In this document: piece by piece, positions 29,006 through 39,498 of the stretch | How the letters are laid out: every line of letters begins with the position of its first letter | Numbering within the stretch: the stretch's first letter is position 1 | Assembly (NCBI GenBank): GCA_902558815.1 | Contig: CACEFF010000004.1 | Span: 25,798 to 89,797 of the forward strand | Source: an uncultured Pelagibacteraceae bacterium | Lineage (GTDB): Bacteria; Pseudomonadota; Alphaproteobacteria; Pelagibacterales; Pelagibacteraceae | Length of the DNA stretch: 64,000 nt | Direction: 5' to 3' | Program-made: the position numbers and the translations under genes | The notes under the pieces: generated by a model | What the model was told of the DNA's origin: nothing | Database searches by the model: none | Seen by the model: the letters and a program-made list of their open reading frames with translations, nothing else

Positions 29006-29079
29006 GCTCCTGTAGTTAAATGGCATAACAAGTCCTTGGTAAGGACTAGTTCCCTGGTCAGTACAGGGTGGGAGCACCA
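29006..29079 (+). tRNA. tRNA-Thr (GGT) with non-canonical T-loop
   Basis: GCTCCTG/TGGGAGC acceptor stem, GTTA/TAAC D-stem, AGTCC-TTGGTAA-GGACT anticodon arm, CCCTG-GTCAGTA-CAGGG T-arm, ACCA end. Confidence 0.85.
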
Positions 29080-29802
29080 CTATTTTTTATAAAATAATTT
29101 TCTTAAAAAAATTGTTATAAAAATTAAAGTAAAAAAAGCTAAAAGAGGAATATATATATTTGATGAGAAAATTATTTCAGAGATTCTAGGAATTTCTGAA
29201 TTTTTATCTATAATATTTTCTAAACCACTTCCTATAGAAACTACTAAAAAAACTTGAGGAATAATTCCTATTAATGTTGCTAAGAAAAAGTTACTTATTC
29301 TCACATTAAAAATTGTAGGCAAAAGACAACTTAGTTGCCAAGGTATTCCACCTATAAAACGATATATTAACAAATATATAAATTCAGAGTTTTTAAATTT
29401 AAGCTCAAGGTTTTTAAATTTATCTAAAAATTTTGTTCGAATTAAATCTTTTAAAAAGTAATTTCCAAAAGTATATAAAAAAGTTGCACCAACACTTAAG
29501 CCCAGAACTACGACAAGGGTTCCCAACCATTTCCCAAAAATGAAACCGCCAATAAGAGCAATCGGAGATCCAAAACCTAAAAATGGAAATACCCATAATA
29601 TTGTAACCATTAAAAAAATTATGAATATCAAAAATAAATTAGAATTTTTAAGTTCTACAAAATATGATCTATTCTCTCTCAAGAAATCGTAAGATGTTAT
29701 TTCCTGAAGACTAAATTTAGAAAAAAACAAAAATAAAAATATAGTTATTAAAATTATATAAGATAAACCTATGAATAATTTAATTTTTTTAGCTTTTTCC
29801 AT
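29080..29802 (-). CDS. TVP38/TMEM64 (DedA superfamily, VTT domain) membrane protein
   Basis: Multiple TM helices, GGFIFG.WLG, GAT..Y..G, RFIGGIP, FFLATLIGIIP. Confidence 0.82.
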   Translation of the reverse strand: MEKAKKIKLFIGLSYIILITIFLFLFFSKFSLQEITSYDFLRENRSYFVELKNSNLFLIFIIFLMVTILWVFPFLGFGSPIALIGGFIFGKWLGTLVVVLGLSVGATFLYTFGNYFLKDLIRTKFLDKFKNLELKFKNSEFIYLLIYRFIGGIPWQLSCLLPTIFNVRISNFFLATLIGIIPQVFLVVSIGSGLENIIDKNSEIPRISEIIFSSNIYIPLLAFFTLIFITIFLRKLFYKK

Positions 29803-29894
29803 TATTAATTATCGTATTTAAAAAATCTTCTATTTGCTATTTATATATTTAATTACTATAAAGAGCGAAATTTAATAAATATTTAACCACATTT

Positions 29895-30035
29895 ATGAAA
29901 AGAACATATCAACCATCTAAAATTAAAAGAGCCAGAAAACATGGTTTTAGGTCAAAAATGAAAACTAAAGGTGGAAGAAAACTTTTAGCTAGAAGACGGG
30001 CTAGAGGCAGAAAATCATTAACTGTATCTGTTTAA
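29895..30035 (+). CDS. rpmH: 50S ribosomal protein L34
   Basis: Manual translation [46 protein letters not shown]. Confidence 0.97.
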   Translation: MKRTYQPSKIKRARKHGFRSKMKTKGGRKLLARRRARGRKSLTVSV

Positions 30036-30039
30036 ATTG

Positions 30040-30381
30040 ATGAAAAGCAAAATAATTGCTCTTTCAAAAAACGAAGAATTTAAAGAACTTCTTAAAAAGA
30101 AAAAAGTATCAAACAGATATGTAACTATTTTTTTTGGAAATTTAAGTAATAAAAATAATAAAAAGTTAAATATTTCATTTGTAACTAAAAAAAAAATAGG
30201 AAATGCTGTAAAGAGAAATAAAATTAAAAGAAGACTAAGAAGTATAATGAATGATGCAACTAAAAAAATATCAATAAAACTAGATTATTCATATCTTGTT
30301 ATTGCCAAGCCAACTATGCTATTAAATGAATTTAGAAATATAAAAAAAATCTTATTTCAAGAATTTAAAAAAATAAAATAA
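30040..30381 (+). CDS. rnpA: Ribonuclease P protein component
   Basis: KKIGNAVKRNKIKRRLR (RNR-type motif); follows rpmH. Confidence 0.94.
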   Translation: MKSKIIALSKNEEFKELLKKKKVSNRYVTIFFGNLSNKNNKKLNISFVTKKKIGNAVKRNKIKRRLRSIMNDATKKISIKLDYSYLVIAKPTMLLNEFRNIKKILFQEFKKIK

Positions 30382-30632
30382 TGAATATTTTTACTCAAAT
30401 TTTAATCAAAATAATAAAAGGTTACAAATTTTTTATTAGTCCTCTATTAGGTAATTCTTGTAGATATTTGCCTACATGTTCTGAATATAGTGTTGAAGCT
30501 TTAAAAATTCATGGTTTTTTTAAAGGATCTTATATGAGCTTAAAAAGAATTTTGTCATGTCATCCTATTAAGTTTTTAGGTGGTGGTGACGGCTTTGACC
30601 CAGTTAACAAAAATATAAAGGCAAAAAAATAA
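30381..30632 (+). CDS. yidD: Membrane protein insertion efficiency factor
   Basis: ISP..CRY.PTCSEY, RILSCHP, G.DPV. Confidence 0.95.
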   Translation: MNIFTQILIKIIKGYKFFISPLLGNSCRYLPTCSEYSVEALKIHGFFKGSYMSLKRILSCHPIKFLGGGDGFDPVNKNIKAKK

Positions 30633-32311
30633 TGGACTCAAAAAATGTAATAGCAGCGATTGCTTTATCATCGGCTGTAATAGTTCTTTATTCACTATTC
30701 TTTATACCTGAAAAGCCAATAGATAATCAAAATTTAGTTGAAAAAAATAAAATAGAACAAAGTACTGATGCCCCAAGTTTGGATAAGAAAGAAACTTTAA
30801 TACAAATCTCAAGAGAAGATGCACTTAAAAAAAACGATAGAATTCAATTTGAAAACCAAAAAGTTATAGGATCAATATCTTTAAAAGGGGCTGCAATAGA
30901 TGATTTGACTTTTAAAGATTATAATACCTCTTTAGAAAGTAATGAAAAAGTTACACTTCTAGGACCAAGAAGTACAGAAAATGGATATTTGATTGAGAGT
31001 GGTTTTGTTACATCTGATAAAAATATTGAGACTCCTGACTCTGATACTCTTTGGTCTGTAATCGGTAATGATAAATTATCTACACAATCCCCAATAAAAT
31101 TATCATGGACAAATAAACAAGGAATTAAGTTTGAAAAAGAAATATCAATTGATGACAAATATTTATTTACAATTAATCAGAGTGTAAAAAATTCAACTGA
31201 TAAAAAATATGACTTTTATTCGTATGGTCAAATTATAAGAAATAAGATTCCTGAAATATCAAATTTTTATATTCTTCATGAAGGTTTAATTGCTACTCTT
31301 GATGACGAGTTAATAGAGGAAGATTATGATGACATTCAAGAGAAAAAGTTTTCAAGAATCTCTCAAAAAGGGTGGTTGGGTATAGGAGATAAATATTGGA
31401 TTACTTCATTAATACCACCGAAAGATAAAGAATTTAAAACTACATTTGATTATAAAAAAAAATTTAGAGCAAATTTTATAGCTTCTGAACCTTTAGAATT
31501 AAAAGAGAACAGTAAAATTGAGGAAAAGTTACAGATTATAGTGGCCGCAAAGAGAGTTGACATTATTGATGGTTATGCAGACACATTAAATATTGATAAA
31601 TTTGATTTAGCAATTGATTGGGGGTTTTTATACTTTATTACTAAACCTCTTTTTTTTGGTATAGATTATTTTTTCAAACTATTAGGAAATTATGGTCTAG
31701 CAATTATAGCAATAACAATTTGTATTAGATTGGCATTTTTCCCACTCGCAAATTTTTCGTTTAGAAGTATGGCAAAAATGAAAGCCCTTCAACCTGAAAT
31801 GGTAAGGCTTAAAGAACTACATAAAAATGATAAGATGAAGTTACAACAAGAGATGATGGCTCTTTATAAAAAAGAAAAAGTTAATCCAATGTCTGGATGC
31901 TTACCGATACTAGTGCAAATTCCAGTTTTTTTTGCCTTGTATAAAGTTTTATTTGTAACAATAGAAATGAGACAAATGCCATTTTATGGCTGGATACATG
32001 ATTTAAGTGAACGTGATCCAACTAGTATATTTAATTTATTTGGCTTATTACCTTATGATGTCCCTTCATTCTTAATAATTGGGGCATGGCCGGTTGCGAT
32101 GGGTGTTTCAATGTGGGTTCAGCAAAAACTTAATCCAGCTCCTACAGATGCTATGCAGGCAAAGATATTTATGTTTTTTCCACTTTTCTTAACAGTGATA
32201 CTTGCGCCATTCCCAAGTGGGTTGGTGATTTATTGGACAGTAAATAATATTTTAACTATGGCCCAACAAGTATTTATCATGAAACGAACTACAGTTAAAA
32301 CTGTTACTTAG
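30632..32311 (+). CDS. yidC: Membrane protein insertase YidC
   Basis: IDWG, SMAKMK.LQP, NPMSGCLP..VQIPVF, GLVIYW..NN. Confidence 0.97.
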   Translation: MDSKNVIAAIALSSAVIVLYSLFFIPEKPIDNQNLVEKNKIEQSTDAPSLDKKETLIQISREDALKKNDRIQFENQKVIGSISLKGAAIDDLTFKDYNTSLESNEKVTLLGPRSTENGYLIESGFVTSDKNIETPDSDTLWSVIGNDKLSTQSPIKLSWTNKQGIKFEKEISIDDKYLFTINQSVKNSTDKKYDFYSYGQIIRNKIPEISNFYILHEGLIATLDDELIEEDYDDIQEKKFSRISQKGWLGIGDKYWITSLIPPKDKEFKTTFDYKKKFRANFIASEPLELKENSKIEEKLQIIVAAKRVDIIDGYADTLNIDKFDLAIDWGFLYFITKPLFFGIDYFFKLLGNYGLAIIAITICIRLAFFPLANFSFRSMAKMKALQPEMVRLKELHKNDKMKLQQEMMALYKKEKVNPMSGCLPILVQIPVFFALYKVLFVTIEMRQMPFYGWIHDLSERDPTSIFNLFGLLPYDVPSFLIIGAWPVAMGVSMWVQQKLNPAPTDAMQAKIFMFFPLFLTVILAPFPSGLVIYWTVNNILTMAQQVFIMKRTTVKTVT

Positions 32312-32334
32312 ATTTAGGAACATCAAAAAAATTA

Positions 32335-33183
32335 ATGGATTTAAAAAAAATATTACCAGTGAATGGCCCACCAATTGAGGAGGTAGCAAAATATATTGAA
32401 AAATATAAAAATGATTTAATAGTTATTAAATATGGAGGTAATGTTTTTATTGACAGGAATATATTCAATAATTTTATATCTGACATAAGTTTATTAAATA
32501 AGTTAGGACTTTCAATTGTAGTAGTTCACGGAGGTGGACCCAGAATAAAAAGAGAATTAGATAAATCTAATATTAAATCTAAATTCATAAGAGGATTAAG
32601 GGTAACTGATAAAAAAATTATAGGCATAGTTGAGTCAGTTCTCATTGATTTTAATAATGATATTGTCTCATCATTAAAAGAAATTGGTTCACATGCTATT
32701 TCTATTAATACAAAAAAAAATAATATTATTGAGGTTATTCCTGAGGCAGATGAGCTTGGATTTGTTGGATTACCTTATAAAATTAATGTTGAAATGATAA
32801 CTGATACGATTAAAAAAAATATAATTCCAATAATATCACCTTTAGGTATAGGAAAAAATAATCAAGCTTATAATATAAATGGGGATACCGCTGCAGGGGC
32901 TATAGCAAAGTCTTTAAAATCTAGAAGATTACTTTTAATGACGAATGTTAAAGGTGTTCTTGACAAAGAAAAAAAGCTCATAGAAGAAATTTCTTCCTCA
33001 GAAATTTTAGAAATGATTAAAAATGAAACTATAACCGAAGGAATGATACCAAAAATCAATACTTGCTTGGATGCCATTAATAACGGAGTCACTGCAGTAG
33101 GAATCATTGATGGTAGAGAAAAACATTCAATATTATTTGAAATATTTTCTGATAAAGGTTCTGGAACATTAATAAGAAAATGA
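32335..33183 (+). CDS. argB: Acetylglutamate kinase
   Basis: VIKYGG, VHGGGP, GLRVTD, NINGD, GMIPK. Confidence 0.95.
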   Translation: MDLKKILPVNGPPIEEVAKYIEKYKNDLIVIKYGGNVFIDRNIFNNFISDISLLNKLGLSIVVVHGGGPRIKRELDKSNIKSKFIRGLRVTDKKIIGIVESVLIDFNNDIVSSLKEIGSHAISINTKKNNIIEVIPEADELGFVGLPYKINVEMITDTIKKNIIPIISPLGIGKNNQAYNINGDTAAGAIAKSLKSRRLLLMTNVKGVLDKEKKLIEEISSSEILEMIKNETITEGMIPKINTCLDAINNGVTAVGIIDGREKHSILFEIFSDKGSGTLIRK

Positions 33184-33851
33184 AAGAGCTAACAGAAATT
33201 AAATTTTGGATATTTGATTTAGACAATACTCTTTATAGTGGTCAAACTAAGGTTTTTTCTGAAGTTGATAAAAAGATGTCATCATTTATTTCAAAAAAAT
33301 TCAATGTTGATCTCGTTGAAGCTAAGAAGATCCAAAAAGAATATTTCTATGAGTACGGGACAACATTATCGGGATTAATGAAGAAAAAAAATGTTAACCC
33401 TAATGAATTTTTAGAATTTGTTCATGATATTGATATATCATGGCTTGCAAAAGATGAACTTTTAAAAAGAGAGCTCGTTAAAATCAAAGAAAAAAAATAT
33501 ATTTTTTCAAATGGTTCTCATGCGCACATTAAAAATGTGACAAACCAATTAGGAATTGATGGGCTATTCGATGGAGCTTTTGATATAACTGATGCAAATT
33601 TTGTTCCAAAACCTCACATAGATCCTTATAAAAAACTAATTGAAAAATTTCAATTAGACCCAAAAAAATCTATATTAATAGAAGATATAGCCCACAATCT
33701 AGAACAAGCTAAAAATTTAGGAATGAAAACTTGTTGGCTTGAAAATGATGAAGCTTTTGCAAAAAAAGATGCTAACAAGTCATACATCGATTATAAGATT
33801 AATAACTTGCCTTCTTTTCTTCAAAAAATTAATATATTAAGAAACAATTAA
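33180..33851 (+). CDS. Pyrimidine 5'-nucleotidase (HAD family)
   Basis: [26 protein letters not shown]. Confidence 0.88.
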   Translation: MKELTEIKFWIFDLDNTLYSGQTKVFSEVDKKMSSFISKKFNVDLVEAKKIQKEYFYEYGTTLSGLMKKKNVNPNEFLEFVHDIDISWLAKDELLKRELVKIKEKKYIFSNGSHAHIKNVTNQLGIDGLFDGAFDITDANFVPKPHIDPYKKLIEKFQLDPKKSILIEDIAHNLEQAKNLGMKTCWLENDEAFAKKDANKSYIDYKINNLPSFLQKINILRNN

Positions 33852-33862
33852 ATCAAAAAATT

Positions 33863-34693
33863 ATGAGTAATTTAGAGAAAATTATTAACGACGCTTGGGA
33901 AAAAAAAGATCATGTAAATCAAAATTCTGATCAAGCACTAAAAGATGTAATCAATCAAGTGATTGATGATTTAGATAGTGGCAAATCAAGAGTTGCTGAA
34001 AAAATCAATGGAGAATGGGTTACACATCAGCATTTAAAAAAAGCAATTATGCTAAGTTTTAGAATTTATCCAATGGAAAACTTAAATGGACCCTATAGCA
34101 GTTGGTATGACAAGGCTCATTTATTAAAAGGTAAAACTGCTGGATGGTCTAAAGAAGATCATGAAAAAGCTGGCTTTAGAATGGTTCCGAATTCTCCAGT
34201 TAGAAAAGGGTCATACGTAGGTAAAAATGCTGTTCTAATGCCTTGTTACGTTAACATAGGTGCATACATTGATGAGGGCACAATGATAGATACTTTTGCA
34301 AGAGCAGGAAGTTGTTGTCAAATTGGAAAAAATTGCCATATATCTGCTGGATCTGGTGTAGGAGGGGTCTTGGAACCAGCACAAGCGCTTCCAACAATTA
34401 TAGAGGACAATGTTTTTTTGGGAGCAATGTCAGAAGTTGTTGAAGGAGTGATTGTAGGTGAAGGTTCTGTTTTGAGTATGGGTATGTACATTGGTCAATC
34501 AACTAAGATTGTAAATCGAAAAACAGGTGAAATTAACTATGGTAAAATTCCACCCTATTCAGTTGTTGTTCCTGGCTCACTACCTGACAAGAATAATTCA
34601 TCTGCACCATCACTTTATTGTGCGGTGATAATTAAACAAGTTGACGAAAAAACAAGATCAAAAACATCAATTAATGATCTTTTAAGAGAATAA
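33863..34693 (+). CDS. dapD: Tetrahydrodipicolinate N-succinyltransferase
   Basis: [40 protein letters not shown]. Confidence 0.95.
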   Translation: MSNLEKIINDAWEKKDHVNQNSDQALKDVINQVIDDLDSGKSRVAEKINGEWVTHQHLKKAIMLSFRIYPMENLNGPYSSWYDKAHLLKGKTAGWSKEDHEKAGFRMVPNSPVRKGSYVGKNAVLMPCYVNIGAYIDEGTMIDTFARAGSCCQIGKNCHISAGSGVGGVLEPAQALPTIIEDNVFLGAMSEVVEGVIVGEGSVLSMGMYIGQSTKIVNRKTGEINYGKIPPYSVVVPGSLPDKNNSSAPSLYCAVIIKQVDEKTRSKTSINDLLRE

Positions 34694-34697
34694 ATTC

Positions 34698-35855
34698 ATG
34701 AAAATTTTCAACGAAGTTATATTAGCAAAAGAGCTAATCAAATTTCCATCCATAACGCCAACTGATGCTGGTGTGATGAGGTTTTTGGAAAAAAAACTAA
34801 AAAAATTAGGTTTTAAAACTAAGATAATTGAATTTAGAGAGAAAAATTTTAAACCAGTTAAAAATTTATATGCAAAACTGGGAAATAAAGAGCCCAATTT
34901 TTGCTATGCTGGTCACTTAGATGTTGTTCCTCCTGGGAATATTAATGACTGGACAATTAATCCTTTTAAACCCTCTATTAAGAATGGTTATTTAATAGGT
35001 AGAGGTGCTAATGATATGAAAAGCTCTATTGCAGCTTTTGTTTCAGCTTTAAGTACTTTTTTAAATAATAATAATAATTTTAATGGATCTATTAGCCTAT
35101 TAATTACAGGTGATGAGGAAGGTGATGCAGTAAATGGAACAAAGAAAGTTGTAGATTATCTAAAAAAAAGAAAAGAAAAAATTGATTTCTGTTTAGTTGG
35201 AGAGCCTACTAATCCAAATAAGTTAGGAGAGATGATAAAAATAGGACGTAGAGGTAGTTTGACAGGAAAACTCAAAATAAATGGAGTTCAAGGTCATGTT
35301 GCTTATCCTCATAGAGCAAATAATCCATCAACTACAATTATTAAAATTTTGAAAGAACTCAAAGATCTCAAATTTGATAAAGGAACAAAAGATTTTCAAC
35401 CAACAAATCTTGAGATTACTAGAATAAATATAGATAACCATGCTGATAATGTTATTCCTGGTACCGCTGAAGCAACCTTTAATATTAGGTTTAATAATAA
35501 ACATTCATCAAAATCTATCAAAAAAAGACTTAATAAAATTTTTAAAAGAATATGTAAAAAAAATAAGTCTAATTATATTATTGAATATAGAGTTTCTGGT
35601 GAAGCTTTTTTAACAAAGCCAAATAATACTACTTATATGATTCAAAATATCATAAAAAAAATTACGAAAATTAAACCAAAGCTTTCTACAACTGGAGGAA
35701 CCTCTGATGCTAGATTTATAAGAAAAATATCTCCATGTTTAGAGTTTGGATTAGTGGGTAAAACTATGCATAAGGTTGATGAAGCGGTGTCGTTAAAAGA
35801 TTTAAAAAATCTTAAGAAAATATATCAGAATATTTTACAAGAATACTTTAAGTGA
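34698..35855 (+). CDS. dapE: Succinyl-diaminopimelate desuccinylase
   Basis: GHLDVVP, GRGANDMK, GDEEG, GEPT, GRRGS, QGHVAYP, GGTSDARF. Confidence 0.96.
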   Translation: MKIFNEVILAKELIKFPSITPTDAGVMRFLEKKLKKLGFKTKIIEFREKNFKPVKNLYAKLGNKEPNFCYAGHLDVVPPGNINDWTINPFKPSIKNGYLIGRGANDMKSSIAAFVSALSTFLNNNNNFNGSISLLITGDEEGDAVNGTKKVVDYLKKRKEKIDFCLVGEPTNPNKLGEMIKIGRRGSLTGKLKINGVQGHVAYPHRANNPSTTIIKILKELKDLKFDKGTKDFQPTNLEITRINIDNHADNVIPGTAEATFNIRFNNKHSSKSIKKRLNKIFKRICKKNKSNYIIEYRVSGEAFLTKPNNTTYMIQNIIKKITKIKPKLSTTGGTSDARFIRKISPCLEFGLVGKTMHKVDEAVSLKDLKNLKKIYQNILQEYFK

Positions 35856-36781
35856 AAACTGGACTAATAACCTCTGATACATTCCTAAATCATAATACAG
35901 GGCCTGGCCACCCTGAGCAAATTGCAAGAGTATCTATAATTAATGAAAATTTTAAAAAATTAAATAATAAAAAAATTTTTTGGAAAAAACCAACTCTTAT
36001 AACAGACGATGTGATCAAAGATACTCATGACACTGAATATATAAATTTAGTTAAAAATTCTTTTCCTGATAAAGGTTTTTCATCACTAGATGGGGATACT
36101 ATTATTTCACCTGGAAGTAGAGAAGCTACATTTGATGCTGCTGGCTCAATTATCGCTGCTATAGATGGTATCCATAATAAAGAATTTAAAAATGCTTTTT
36201 GCAACGTACGTCCTCCAGGTCATCATTGTAATCAAAACAAAGCAGCTGGTTTTTGTATTTTAAATAATATTGCTATTGGAGCTAAATATTTATTAAACAA
36301 ATATAAATATAAAAAAGTTGCTATCGTAGATTTCGATGTTCATCATGGTAATGGTACACAAGATATTTTTTATGAAAATGAGAATGTTTTGTTTATATCA
36401 ACTCACCAATATCCATATTACCCTGGAACTGGTTCTGAAAAGGAAAAAGGTAAATTTAATAATATTTTCAATATACCTTTACCTGCTGGTACAAATTCTG
36501 AGGAATATTTAAATGCTTTTGAGTTTGCTTTAAAAAAATTGAAAGAATTTAAACCTGAGTTTGTTCTAATTAGTGCTGGATTTGACTCGCATTTTAAAGA
36601 CCCCCTTGCACAATTCAAACTTGAAACTGAAGATTTTTATACGATAACAAAAAGAATTCTAGAAAACTCTAAAGAATTTTGTAATGGAAAGGTTGTTTCG
36701 ATACTTGAAGGCGGATATGACTTACAAGCTCTTAAAGATAGCACTCAAAGACATGTTGATGCATTAATAGAATTCAATTGA
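35852..36781 (+). CDS. Histone deacetylase family Zn-dependent amidohydrolase
   Basis: GHPE, RPPGHH, GFC, DFDVHHGNGTQ, SAGFD, LEGGY; GTGA overlap with dapE. Confidence 0.93.
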   Translation: MKTGLITSDTFLNHNTGPGHPEQIARVSIINENFKKLNNKKIFWKKPTLITDDVIKDTHDTEYINLVKNSFPDKGFSSLDGDTIISPGSREATFDAAGSIIAAIDGIHNKEFKNAFCNVRPPGHHCNQNKAAGFCILNNIAIGAKYLLNKYKYKKVAIVDFDVHHGNGTQDIFYENENVLFISTHQYPYYPGTGSEKEKGKFNNIFNIPLPAGTNSEEYLNAFEFALKKLKEFKPEFVLISAGFDSHFKDPLAQFKLETEDFYTITKRILENSKEFCNGKVVSILEGGYDLQALKDSTQRHVDALIEFN

Positions 36782-36811
36782 TAAATATTTAATACATTAT
36801 AAATAGCCTCC

Positions 36812-37303
36812 ATGAAATTATACAGAATTAAAAGATCTAAAATTGATAATAAAGGACGAGGTCTTTATGCTACAAAAGATATCAAGGAAGGTACAAAAAT
36901 TATTAATTACACAGGAAAAATAATTACAAATAAACAAGTTGATGAATCAGATAAATATGACAATGGTAAACCAATTTACCTGTTTACTCTAAATAAGAGA
37001 TACACATTAGATGGTGATTTTTCATGGAACACAGCTGGTTTAATTAATCATAGTTGTGATCCAAACTCTCAATATGAAGGAAAGGGTTTAAGAATTTGGA
37101 TAACATCAATAAAAGATATTAAAAAAGGTGATGAATTTACTTGTGATTATGGCTTTGGTTTTGATCAAGATTATAAACAATTTCCATGTAAATGTAGGGC
37201 AAGGAACTGTTGTGGTTACATAGTAAGAGAGGAATCTAGATGGAGAATCAACAAAAAATTTGCAATGAAGAACAAAAAAAGATTAATAGATTATTCTTTT
37301 TAG
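36812..37303 (+). CDS. SET-domain protein-lysine methyltransferase with post-SET motif
   Basis: GRGLYA, YTG, INHSCDPN, DIKKGDEFTCDYG, CKCRARNCCG. Confidence 0.93.
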   Translation: MKLYRIKRSKIDNKGRGLYATKDIKEGTKIINYTGKIITNKQVDESDKYDNGKPIYLFTLNKRYTLDGDFSWNTAGLINHSCDPNSQYEGKGLRIWITSIKDIKKGDEFTCDYGFGFDQDYKQFPCKCRARNCCGYIVREESRWRINKKFAMKNKKRLIDYSF

Positions 37304-38023
37304 ATAAAGCCCTTCAGGAGGTGCTGGGGGTGCACATAAAGTTCTTTTTTTTGACCTAATTATTTTTTCAAATTTTTTTAATGACCATTTATTTTCTCCA
37401 AGATATTTTAAACAGCCAACCATAGAACGCACTTGTTGTTGAAGAAATGACTGAGATCTAAATTCTATTTCAATTCGATTTTTTGAAGATTTAATTTTAA
37501 CCAACTTCATAGTTTTTATTGGACTTTTAGCCCTACAACTAGACGCTCTAAAAGTAGAAAAATCCATAGTTCCAATAAATTTCTTTGCCCCTTCTTTCAT
37601 TAAATCTAGGTCTAATGCTTTTATTACATGCCAAGCTTTACTTTTTTCCAAAACTGGGCCACTTAAACGATTAATAATAATATATTTGTATATTCTCATT
37701 TTAGCTGAAAATCTTGCATGAAAACTATTTTTCCTTTTTTTAAGTTTTAAAACTGCAATTCCATCTTTATTTAGAAAATGATTGATTGATTTTAAAAATT
37801 TATCTGATTGAATAATTTTAGACTTACTATCAAAATGTGCAGATTGTTCGATTGCATGCACACCTGTATCTGTTCTACCTGATCCTTGTAGTATTATCTT
37901 TTCTTTTAAAAGTTTTGAAATTTTTTCTTGAATTAATCCTTGTACTGTTTTTCCTTTTTTTTGAACTTGCCATCCTCTAAAATTAGTGCCAACGTATTCA
38001 ATAAGTATTTGATATCTATACAT
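37283..38023 (-). CDS. truA: tRNA pseudouridine(38-40) synthase
   Basis: F.GWQ.Q, GSGRTDTGVHA, FHARF, DFSTFR, QVRSMVG, APPEGL. Confidence 0.96.
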   Translation of the reverse strand: MYRYQILIEYVGTNFRGWQVQKKGKTVQGLIQEKISKLLKEKIILQGSGRTDTGVHAIEQSAHFDSKSKIIQSDKFLKSINHFLNKDGIAVLKLKKRKNSFHARFSAKMRIYKYIIINRLSGPVLEKSKAWHVIKALDLDLMKEGAKKFIGTMDFSTFRASSCRAKSPIKTMKLVKIKSSKNRIEIEFRSQSFLQQQVRSMVGCLKYLGENKWSLKKFEKIIRSKKRTLCAPPAPPEGLYLKRIIY

Positions 38024-38948
38024 TGTTTATCATTGAGCCTTTTTTTATTCGCGATCCAAGCATAAACTCACCTATTTTTTGGGGTTTTTTTCCTTGCCTT
38101 TGAATTTCCAAAATTTTGATTGATTGGCTGTTAATGCAAGCAATTTCTAAATTATTATTTATTACTTCTCCAACTTTACCTATGCCATTTCCTAGATCTG
38201 CCTTTAAAATTTTATATCTTTCTCCTTTAAAATTAAAAAAAGCACCAGGAAGGGGAAATAATCCATTAATTTTTCCTATAATATTTAATGCATTATCATT
38301 CCAATTAATATTTCCCTCAGATTTATCTATTTTTTTCGCGTAAGTCGCCTTTGAATGGTCTTGATCAATAAATTTTATCTTATCATCTAGTATATCATCA
38401 ATATTATCCAAAATTTTTTCGGCAGCTAAAAGTGATAATTTTTCTGAAACCTCTAATGCATTGTCATTATGCTCAAGCTTCATCTTATAGATATTGCCAA
38501 CTGGCCCACTATCTAATTCTTCAACAATTTTCATAATGCTAATTCCTGTCTCGTCATCTCGGTTCATAATTGATCTTTGAATAGGTGCTGCTCCTCTCCA
38601 TTTGGGAAGGATAGATCCATGAATATTAATAAAACCTTTTTTGGTTAAATTTAAAAAGTTTTTTGGAATAATTTGTCCATAAGCAACAACTATTGCAAGA
38701 TCGGCATTTAATTCCTTTAGAAATTCATACTCTTCATTACTATCTTTTAAAGTTTGAGGAGTTCTAAAATCAATATTTAAAGTTTCTGAGATACCTTGAA
38801 TAGGAGATTTATTAATTTTCTGACCTCTTTGAGATTTTTGTGGTGGTTGAGTGTAGACCACTGAAATTGGAAAACCATTTTGATATAGAGACTTTAAAAT
38901 TGGCACAGCAAATAAAGGTGTACCCATAAAAATAATCTTATTAGCCAT
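38016..38948 (-). CDS. fmt: Methionyl-tRNA formyltransferase
   Basis: FMGTP.FA, VVAYG, INIHGSILP.WRGAAPIQR. Confidence 0.96.
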   Translation of the reverse strand: MANKIIFMGTPLFAVPILKSLYQNGFPISVVYTQPPQKSQRGQKINKSPIQGISETLNIDFRTPQTLKDSNEEYEFLKELNADLAIVVAYGQIIPKNFLNLTKKGFINIHGSILPKWRGAAPIQRSIMNRDDETGISIMKIVEELDSGPVGNIYKMKLEHNDNALEVSEKLSLLAAEKILDNIDDILDDKIKFIDQDHSKATYAKKIDKSEGNINWNDNALNIIGKINGLFPLPGAFFNFKGERYKILKADLGNGIGKVGEVINNNLEIACINSQSIKILEIQRQGKKPQKIGEFMLGSRIKKGSMINNV

Positions 38949-38950
38949 AT

Positions 38951-39475
38951 TTAAACTATTATTCTATCAGGATTTTTTTTTAATTTTGAAATTTTTTTGA
39001 TGATCAAATCTTTTTTTAATTTTGATAAATGATCAATTATGAGTTTACCATCTAAATGATTTATTTCATGTTGAAGACATGTTGATAATAAACCATCACA
39101 TTTAAGATTTTTCACTTTTCCATCTATATCAATATATTCTACTTCACAAATCTTTGGTCTTTCAATCTCTATAAAAGTATCTGGTATAGATAAACACCCT
39201 TCTTCATAAATAGAAGTATCATCACTAACTTTTTTAATTATAGGATTAATAAAACTTAAAGGTTCTTTTTTTTCGTCTTTATTTGATACATCAATAACTA
39301 AAATTCTTCTCAATATACCTACTTGTACAGCTGCTAACCCAATACCATTTGAATTATACATTGTTTCAAATAGATCATTAATAAGTTTTTTTTCATTTTC
39401 TCCAACTTTTTCTACAGGCTTAGAAATTTTTTTTAAAGTTTCATCAGGTACAGTAATAATATCTTTAATGCTCAT
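38951..39475 (-). CDS. def: Peptide deformylase
   Basis: GIGLAA, EGCLS, QHEINHL. Confidence 0.97.
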   Translation of the reverse strand: MSIKDIITVPDETLKKISKPVEKVGENEKKLINDLFETMYNSNGIGLAAVQVGILRRILVIDVSNKDEKKEPLSFINPIIKKVSDDTSIYEEGCLSIPDTFIEIERPKICEVEYIDIDGKVKNLKCDGLLSTCLQHEINHLDGKLIIDHLSKLKKDLIIKKISKLKKNPDRIIV

Positions 39476-39498
39476 GGATTAAACAAATAAACTAATTT

